From positions 1 to 43,975 of IMG/VR virus record IMGVR_UViG_3300013121_000002: 43,975 nt of DNA. One strand, given 5' to 3'. The position numbers and the translations under genes were made by a program. Positions 37,388-43,975 of the stretch are shown here, piece by piece. The notes beneath the pieces were generated by a model that made no database searches, was not told the origin of the DNA, and was given only the letters and a program-made list of their open reading frames with translations. Numbering within the stretch: the first letter of the stretch is position 1; each line of letters starts with the position of its first letter. The stretch comes from a virus (Duplodnaviria; Heunggongvirae; Uroviricota; Caudoviricetes).

Positions 37388-37415
37388 ACCTTAGCACTGC
37401 CGCAGCGAACGGCAA
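37388..37415 (-). promoter_or_regulatory. Candidate sigma70-type promoter for the accessory block
   Basis: TTGCCG, 16 nt, TAAGGT with GTGC upstream; GTGCTAAGGT matches GTGCTATGGT of the 2077-2105 promoter. Confidence 0.5.
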
Positions 37416-37425
37416 GCACCTTGAA

Positions 37426-37974
37426 TTAGAGCGGACTGGACAGCCCCAAATCCTGCCCGGTGACGGACACACCATCAACGCCAGCGGCCAGTGTACCGAA
37501 GCTGACGAAGCTGCCTGCGAGGTAGTCGCGGATCAATTCGTCAACGATCAGCGGAAAGCGCAGCGGCGTGCCCTCGGCACCGCGGAAGTAGGTGAGGTTG
37601 ACCGACCCTGCGGTGATCGACTGGAGCTTCTGCGACTGGTTCTGCTCCGTCTGGAGATCGGAGCCGTCGAGCAGTGCCGATGCCATTTCGATGCTCGCGT
37701 CGATGATGTTCTGCGGCACCACGTCGTCCTCGACGCCATCGACCCCGGTGCCCGAGCGCGGCCACGCCAGCGCCTGCCCGGTGGTCAGGTACTTCTCGCC
37801 CAGCCACTTCTGGCGGTCGAGGATGCGGGTCGCCGTCACCAACGCCTTTGACTTGTCCTCTGCCGACGCCGTGGGCCACGCCACCGGATGAGTTGATGCC
37901 GCAAGGTAAAGGTCGGCTTCGCCAATGTCGGCGTAGACCTCATACGCCTGCGAGCTAATCATTACAGTTGACAT
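37426..37974 (-). CDS. DnaT-like head-tail connector (adaptor) protein
   Basis: Y.D..EAD.YL, W......K..AL..ATR.LD...W.G......QAL.WPRSG, VP..I..A..E.A, QSITAGSV.LTY. Confidence 0.85.
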   Translation of the reverse strand: MSTVMISSQAYEVYADIGEADLYLAASTHPVAWPTASAEDKSKALVTATRILDRQKWLGEKYLTTGQALAWPRSGTGVDGVEDDVVPQNIIDASIEMASALLDGSDLQTEQNQSQKLQSITAGSVNLTYFRGAEGTPLRFPLIVDELIRDYLAGSFVSFGTLAAGVDGVSVTGQDLGLSSPL

Positions 37975-37983
37975 TGCTTCCTC

Positions 37984-39504
37984 CTAGCTCAACCGACGCC
38001 GCGGCAGCGGGGCGCGCTCACGCAGCAGCTTCGCTATTTGCGCTTTGATGGCGTCAAAGGACGGCTGCCACCGAGAACGAATCCGGTTCCATCGTCCTCC
38101 ATCATCACCACTGGAACTGGCGAATTGCGATAGGACTCGGGAATACGCGCGTCGGGCGTCGTCTCTTTGGTCACGGTCACTGCCGGTTTGGAGTTCTGTG
38201 CCGATGAACTCGGCCCGGCCGCGCCGAAGGCTGACTTGCGAACCATAACGATTTGCTCCTTGCGTGATGGCAGCACCATTCTGGCCGCCAACGTCAACGA
38301 TGATGACCCGAGCCCCGCCTGCACCGGGGATCAGCGTGTGATTGGCGAGGCCGTCCGCCAGCAGGTTCTGGTGGATTGTAGCAAGGTCGCCGGTTGCGTG
38401 AAACTCTGCCAAGACGGACCCGCCGTCCGGGCTGGACTGGAAGATAAGTGCGGACTTCTGGTCCGCAAGGTAGCCCTGCATCGCCGCGGCGGCGCGCAGC
38501 GTATCCCAGTCGGCCCGGTAAGTGGTGAGCATGAAGGCGTCCTCGGCACCATCCTGCCACGCCCCGACGACGTTGACCTGCGAGTTGGCGTGCAGGCCAA
38601 GCTCACGGTTGATGTCGGCGACCGCCTTCGCCATCATCCGGTGGCGCTCGCCCTGAAGGTTGCGCATCGCCGTGTCGAATGTCTGATCCGACACGCTAGG
38701 GCTAACGAATGTTGCACCGAGCGCACCGCCGCCGCTGCCATCCGTCCAGCGACCACCGCCAGTCTGCCCAGCGGGCACGCGCGGCTGGTTGGGGTCGAAC
38801 TTCTCGACACCCCAGCCGAGGCGAGCATCCCACGCCTCCCCTGCACCGAGCCGCACCGCGGCGTACATCAGCAAGCGGTTCTTGAGCGGCACGCCGAGAT
38901 CGGCGAGCGCCCGCAGGAAAATCTGGTCGGCCTGACGCCGCGTCGGCACGGCGTGCGACGTGTAGAGATAATCATGGATCACGCCCGCACGGGCGAGCGG
39001 AAGCTGGTTGGATGGTATGCTGCGGACCTCCTCGGGAAGCCACTGCGGCGGGATCGAGGCCATGTCCGTCTCGTAGCCCTCGGGCACCGTAATCGTTAGC
39101 CCGGTCACGCGGTCGGTGTAGGACAGCGGTGCGGTCAGGCGATAAATCTCGCCGCCAGTGCCGAGCCCGGAGCCGGGCACCTGTTCGCCGGTCGGCTCGG
39201 ACTCCAGCGGACCCGAGAAGCTGCCACCGCCCTCAAGGTCGGCGTTGATGTCCTCGGCGTCGAGCGTCTTGGCATCGTTGCCCGGCGCATCCTTCCAACG
39301 GCCGAGGCGATCTCGCGGCTGCTTCGGATCGAATTTCTTCTCAACGGGCTTGGCGTCGAGAAACATCGAACCGCCGCGCTCGTCGTTGAACAGCACCTTG
39401 ATGAGTTCGGCGGTTGCCTTGGTTGCGGGCTCGAACCCCCGCGTGATGTAGGCGACCGTCGCCGGTCGCCCCCCAACTGTCGTCTGCTCGATCATCCCGC
39501 TCAT
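37984..39504 (-). CDS. Multidomain head-associated protein: two KFDP tags, DUF1353 domain, C-terminal SAM-lyase-like region
   Basis: KFDPKQPRDRLGRW; DUF1353 motifs ITVPEGYETDMASIP, AGVIHDYLY, RRQAD.IF..AL...GV, MYAAVRLG; KFDPNQPRVPAGQTGGGRWT. Confidence 0.75.
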   Translation of the reverse strand: MSGMIEQTTVGGRPATVAYITRGFEPATKATAELIKVLFNDERGGSMFLDAKPVEKKFDPKQPRDRLGRWKDAPGNDAKTLDAEDINADLEGGGSFSGPLESEPTGEQVPGSGLGTGGEIYRLTAPLSYTDRVTGLTITVPEGYETDMASIPPQWLPEEVRSIPSNQLPLARAGVIHDYLYTSHAVPTRRQADQIFLRALADLGVPLKNRLLMYAAVRLGAGEAWDARLGWGVEKFDPNQPRVPAGQTGGGRWTDGSGGGALGATFVSPSVSDQTFDTAMRNLQGERHRMMAKAVADINRELGLHANSQVNVVGAWQDGAEDAFMLTTYRADWDTLRAAAAMQGYLADQKSALIFQSSPDGGSVLAEFHATGDLATIHQNLLADGLANHTLIPGAGGARVIIVDVGGQNGAAITQGANRYGSQVSLRRGRAEFIGTELQTGSDRDQRDDARRAYSRVLSQFASSSGDDGGRWNRIRSRWQPSFDAIKAQIAKLLRERAPLPRRRLS

Positions 39505-39767
39505 TCCGCATACCCCTCCGGTTCGAGCACTGATCCCGGCATCCCGTAAGGACGGATCGTGCCGTCAACATTATAGCAGCCGACCTTGGCGTGCCCGGCG
39601 ATCTCGCCCCATGGCAGCCGATCATCAACGCGGTAATCCTTGAAGCCGTGCCCGCGCCCGCCACCCGGCAGCAGCGACAGCGACATGAGCCGGATGACGC
39701 CCTCCTCGTCGGCGGGATGGATCAAGCTGTAGAAGATACCTGTGCGTTCGGTCATTAAGTTCCTCAA
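39501..39767 (-). CDS. Hypothetical protein
   Basis: 88-aa ORF between the two tagged proteins; likely start MTERTG after a GAGGA RBS; ATGA-coupled to the next gene. Confidence 0.55.
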   Translation of the reverse strand: MRNLMTERTGIFYSLIHPADEEGVIRLMSLSLLPGGGRGHGFKDYRVDDRLPWGEIAGHAKVGCYNVDGTIRPYGMPGSVLEPEGYAE

Positions 39768-42700
39768 TTCATCATTCGCGACCGCAGGCCCGCCAGCAGC
39801 GCCGCCTGCTGCGCTACCGCAGCATCGGTCGCCGGGAAGCTCGGCATATCCTGCCCGTCAAGAATTGTTCGCACTCCCACAGCGTTCAACTGCCGCCGCA
39901 CTTCGGCTGTAGTACGCGGGAAGTTTGCAAACCAATCCTCCCGCGACAGGCCGTTAAGCGTATTGATCCGATCCGACTGTACCATAAGCCCGGTCAACTG
40001 CGCGAAAATCTCAGGCGAGGTGTGGAAGTAGCTCGTCGCATCGCGCACGCTCTGCGTCTGGCTGTAGGTATCGTCGCGCAGCCTGATCGAGAACCCGTCC
40101 GTGCTCGACCCACGAATATCAGCGGGAAGATCGACGTAGACCGGCGTGCCATCCGCCGTGCTGGTCAGTACAGCGCCGAGACGAAGGTCGTGGTCGAGCT
40201 TGTGCGCCATTTCGTGTGGAACCACCCACGCCAGCACGTCGCCAATGCGCTCGCTGTTCGGTAGACGACGCTCCTCGTAGGTGCCCTTCGTTTCGAGCGT
40301 GCGGGCAATGCCCGTCTCGTAGATCGAAATCGTTCCCCTTGGGATCAGCGTGCCATCAGGCGTGACGTGCTCCGTCTCGTAGAAGGCACCCATCACCGTG
40401 TTCGACAGCGACACCGGCAAATCGCGCTCGGGCTCCATGCGCATGTCGATGTCACGACGCACTGCATCCCGGAAACTGTCATTCGTCTGGTTCGCCGCAA
40501 GCTCGACTGCCGCGGCCACAGCCGGGTTCGTCGAGGACAGCCGCCTGACACTGACTTGATAGGGTGGGGTCTGCGCGCGGTCGCCGAGCGCGAGTTGTGG
40601 GTTGGCTGCGCGATCCGCCGTCGCGAACCGTCCGCGCTCGTCGTGGTACGGGTTGAACTTGCCTACGCGATCTCCGCTGGCAACTCCTCCTCCCATCCCG
40701 GAGGCGGATTGTTTTGATAGGCGTGTAGCCGGTACATCTCCCTCGTAAGAGGAATGCCCATCGCTTGCATAAAGGCCAGCGTCGGGTCGCGTCCCAACCC
40801 AGAGGGGCGGGTTGATTCCTCCGGCAATGTCGTAGATTTCGTTTCGTGCGGCGTTAGCGGTGATTTCACCATCTTCGTGCCTCCTCCAAACGGCAGCGAT
40901 AGTATCCCGGTTGGCGTCGGTCTTGAACTTAGCCGGGAACAGGCCGCGGGTCGCTTCCCATGTAATGGACTGCATTTCACGCGGCAACAGACCGCGTGCG
41001 CTGGCCGCCATGCGATACGCGTCGGCATGAACCCCGTAGGTACCAAGGGCACCAGTCAATGCCGACCTCGGCGGGCCGGTGAGAACCGATATAACCTCCG
41101 ACGACGTTCCCGCCAGCGGCGCAAGCAACGCTGCTGCCACCGCATGGGTATCAATAGTGACATCACCCTGCGTGGCGTCAGGCGCGATTATATTGTTATA
41201 GAAGCTGCGGACCTTGTGACGATTGCCCAGAAGCGCCGATACGTTCGCGCGAGACGGATCGCGCAGCATACCGACCGCCTTGCTTATCTCGGTTAGTCCT
41301 TTCCACTGGATTCCCCAACGTGTGCCATCACCCTTGGTAACGAAATCACCGAAAGTGCCCTCTGGCAGTAGCATCCGGTAGCCGGGATCGTCATAAGTCT
41401 CGCTGAACACCCGTATCCATGCACCGGCCGCATGATCCCGCACATCATCCGGCAAGGCCAACACCTCGGCCAGCGTCTTGCCGTTGATCAGATCGCGCTC
41501 CTGCGCGTAGGCATCCGAGGGGAAAATTCGATCAGCCGTCGCGGTCATATCATCCGACCACTCACGGTCCTGCTGATACGAATAGGCATCAAGGACGCGC
41601 TCCGCGAGGCTGACGTTCTGGAACCAATCCGTCTGCGGCGACAGCGACGCGAGTACGCCAGCGACCGCTGTGTCGGGAATGCCGTAACGCTCACTCCATG
41701 CATCCGTCAGCTTCCGCGCGCCGTCGTACCACAGCTTTGCACGATCACGCGTTTCCTCGTCGAGCGAGTCATGAAGCCACAGAAGATTGTCGCTAACGAA
41801 CTGCGTGTAGCGAGCGACTGTTTCCTGCCTGCTCTCACCTCTGACCACCGGAAATCCATCGGTCGCGCGCAGCAGCTTAACGACCTTGGCAGCAAACTTG
41901 GGATCAGCATCAAGCGCATCAGACCCGATGGTGAGGTTGCCATTAACAGCATCCTCAGTGGTCCCGACCGCCCACGGCTGCCGGGTCGAAACACGCTTCG
42001 GACTATCACCCTGCGCTGCCGCCGACCGCCCGTCCGCAGTCGCGAACCGGCCGCGCTCGTCGTGGTACGGGTTAAATTTGCCGACCTGCCCGGCGAGCAC
42101 CGGGTAACGCGCCTCGACCGCGGCATAGAGATCGATCCAAGGCTGCGGGTTTTGTACCCACGCCCGCGGCTTCCAGTCCGACGCCTTCACCGTCCGACCA
42201 AGCTGGACCGACCGGCGTGCGATCTCAGCCAGCGTTTCATGCACCGCCGCACGGAAGTCGGCAGGAGCGAAATCATTCTCCTGCGCCTGCACCCACCACA
42301 TTTCGCTGTAGTCGGTCAGACCATCCGAACTCGCCAGCTTCTCCGGGAATGAAAGGATCGGATCAACGAGCTTGAAGGTCGTGCCAGAGATACCGCCACC
42401 CCTCAGATCGTTAACGTAATCGTCGAGGACGCGCTGCCACTTCTGGTGCTCGATCTCATGCGCAACGATGCTCTCCAGCGAATCGCCATCCGTCATATTC
42501 TCAGGCGTCACCTCGCTTGGGATAACGTAAATGTTGCCAGTGGACATTTCGGCAAACGCCATCGGCTGAAACCTCTCGCCGAGAATTTCAGGCCGCCCCT
42601 CCTCACTCACCGAAGCCAAGAACATCTTCGCCGGGTCGTAGCCCCGCTTCGTGGCGATCTGCTTGACGCTGTCAAGGAGCGTCTGCTGCTCAGGCGTGAG

Positions 42701-43975
42701 GTCCGTCAGCGTGACCGTGCCGGGCGCTTCGGTCGCGCGCCCCTCCGGGCCGTAGGTGAACCGACCACGCTCGTCATGGTACGGGTTGAACTTCGTCACC
42801 GGATACTGGCTGGCGATCACCTGCTGCATCAGGCTGAATGGCACCGGCACCGGACCTCCGGGGAGACTGCCCGGATCGAGATCGGAGAACTCCCCGCTGG
42901 AATTGATGCCGCCGCCCAGCCGCGTTTCGTAATCAGTCCGCGCCAACTCAGCCAGCGTTTCGTGAACCGCAACGTAAGCGGTGTATTTGCCGGGCGTTTT
43001 CTCGTAGTTCTGCCAGAACAGATTCGCGTAACGAAGGTCGCGCAGCGGACGATTTGTTAGCTCCAATCCAACCAGAGCCATCTGCGCCGGGTCGTCGAGC
43101 CACCGCTTGATCTCAGCAACAGCCTCGGGCTGACCGAGGTTATCGCCAGCCTCGATCAAGCGCCGCGTGTTCTCCCACTTGGCGTGCGTGATCTCATGCA
43201 ACAACGTCGGCCCAAGCGAACCCATTGTCCGGTCGCTAACGAAATGGTCCGGGTTCACCCGAACCACCCCGTTGATGTGATCGTAGGTCGCCACCACCTG
43301 CGTCGGCCGCTCGCCCGGCGACATAAGCTCCACACGCTGCGGGTCGAACCCGAACTGCACTGCGTACTCGCGCGACGCCTTGAGCAGGCGCTGGTTCGCT
43401 TCAGTGGCACGAGTGAAGAAATCATCAACAGCCCCACCACCCGGTGCCTCGGCGAACCGGCCGCGCTCATCGTGGTTCGGGTTGAACTTCTCGTAGAAAC
43501 CAAATGCCGACTGCCGAGCCACCTTCGGCCACAGCGCGTTCACGAGGTGGTAGAAATCCTGCCACGGCTGCGCCACGCTCGACGGCACGCTGCCGTGCTG
43601 CGCGTGCAGGCTGGCGATCTCAGCCAACGTCTCATGGATCGGCCAGCGATACACATCCTGCTGCTCACGAACGCCCGCGTCGGCCGTAGCCTTCCACCAC
43701 GATGTGCTGTAGGGCGTCACGCCGTCTAGCGCCCGCAGCGTGTTCATCATGGCACCATCGTTGAGATAATGACTGATGCTGCTATGCAGCGCCCGCTGCT
43801 CATCCGTGAGGTCAGTCTGACCCCCGGCGTTTTCAATGCGGATGTTGGCGTCCGCCTTCTTGTACGCCTTCCACACGGTGTGCCACTTCTGGTGCATAAT
43901 CTCGTGAGCGGTGACTTGCTCGGCCTCAGACGCCAGAATATCGTTAGTGTGCAGCACCACCTCACCATGCTGAAG
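39764..43975 (-). CDS. Large polyvalent protein (>1400 aa, 5'-truncated): four HExxH zincin modules, an HhH-like domain, four KFNPxHDERGRF tags
   Basis: Frame is open to the window edge (CTT CAG CAT GGT GAG GTG...). HEIMH, HEITH, HEIEH and HEMAH motifs; tags at 43454-43489, 42758-42793, 42044-42079 and 40625-40660. Confidence 0.85.
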   Translation of the reverse strand, partial: LQHGEVVLHTNDILASEAEQVTAHEIMHQKWHTVWKAYKKADANIRIENAGGQTDLTDEQRALHSSISHYLNDGAMMNTLRALDGVTPYSTSWWKATADAGVREQQDVYRWPIHETLAEIASLHAQHGSVPSSVAQPWQDFYHLVNALWPKVARQSAFGFYEKFNPNHDERGRFAEAPGGGAVDDFFTRATEANQRLLKASREYAVQFGFDPQRVELMSPGERPTQVVATYDHINGVVRVNPDHFVSDRTMGSLGPTLLHEITHAKWENTRRLIEAGDNLGQPEAVAEIKRWLDDPAQMALVGLELTNRPLRDLRYANLFWQNYEKTPGKYTAYVAVHETLAELARTDYETRLGGGINSSGEFSDLDPGSLPGGPVPVPFSLMQQVIASQYPVTKFNPYHDERGRFTYGPEGRATEAPGTVTLTDLTPEQQTLLDSVKQIATKRGYDPAKMFLASVSEEGRPEILGERFQPMAFAEMSTGNIYVIPSEVTPENMTDGDSLESIVAHEIEHQKWQRVLDDYVNDLRGGGISGTTFKLVDPILSFPEKLASSDGLTDYSEMWWVQAQENDFAPADFRAAVHETLAEIARRSVQLGRTVKASDWKPRAWVQNPQPWIDLYAAVEARYPVLAGQVGKFNPYHDERGRFATADGRSAAAQGDSPKRVSTRQPWAVGTTEDAVNGNLTIGSDALDADPKFAAKVVKLLRATDGFPVVRGESRQETVARYTQFVSDNLLWLHDSLDEETRDRAKLWYDGARKLTDAWSERYGIPDTAVAGVLASLSPQTDWFQNVSLAERVLDAYSYQQDREWSDDMTATADRIFPSDAYAQERDLINGKTLAEVLALPDDVRDHAAGAWIRVFSETYDDPGYRMLLPEGTFGDFVTKGDGTRWGIQWKGLTEISKAVGMLRDPSRANVSALLGNRHKVRSFYNNIIAPDATQGDVTIDTHAVAAALLAPLAGTSSEVISVLTGPPRSALTGALGTYGVHADAYRMAASARGLLPREMQSITWEATRGLFPAKFKTDANRDTIAAVWRRHEDGEITANAARNEIYDIAGGINPPLWVGTRPDAGLYASDGHSSYEGDVPATRLSKQSASGMGGGVASGDRVGKFNPYHDERGRFATADRAANPQLALGDRAQTPPYQVSVRRLSSTNPAVAAAVELAANQTNDSFRDAVRRDIDMRMEPERDLPVSLSNTVMGAFYETEHVTPDGTLIPRGTISIYETGIARTLETKGTYEERRLPNSERIGDVLAWVVPHEMAHKLDHDLRLGAVLTSTADGTPVYVDLPADIRGSSTDGFSIRLRDDTYSQTQSVRDATSYFHTSPEIFAQLTGLMVQSDRINTLNGLSREDWFANFPRTTAEVRRQLNAVGVRTILDGQDMPSFPATDAAVAQQAALLAGLRSRMMN

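Overview
The window is most of the virion-morphogenesis and lysis arm of a high-GC tailed phage or prophage, probably a long-tailed siphovirus. GcrA, the tail-gene types and the promoter style point to an alphaproteobacterial host; no integrase, terminase or portal is visible. Minus strand, right to left: a 5'-truncated >1400-aa polyvalent protein, an 88-aa ORF, a 506-aa multidomain protein, and a displaced DnaT-like head-tail connector. An ~8.4-kb accessory block follows (TSCPD-like, glycosyltransferases, three SAM methyltransferases, RNase HI, GcrA, HTH/RHH). Then come MuF, a ChaB + Acb1-like + XkdF-type protease fusion, scaffold, decoration protein, major capsid, neck genes, tail tube, frameshifting chaperones, an 1822-aa tape measure, tail tip, a collagen-like (Gly-X-Thr) fibre, a GT4 glycosyltransferase, a two-domain membrane-anchored endolysin and membrane lysis genes. 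At the left end are an HExxH moron and a convergent, 5'-truncated Ro60/TROVE gene. The best candidate for a new system is a head-cargo polyprotein arrangement. Enzyme modules (four zincins, an HhH-glycosylase-like domain, a SAM-lyase-like domain, DUF1353) mostly lie between or after copies of a short tag, K-F-[N/D]-P-x-[H/Q]-...-G-R-[F/W]. The tags start at hydrophobic-x-Lys sites like those that fill the scaffold and bound the Acb1-like domain of the protease. A large glycosylation toolkit paired with a Thr-rich collagen fibre is the second candidate. All family calls come from reading motifs by eye; no searches were run.
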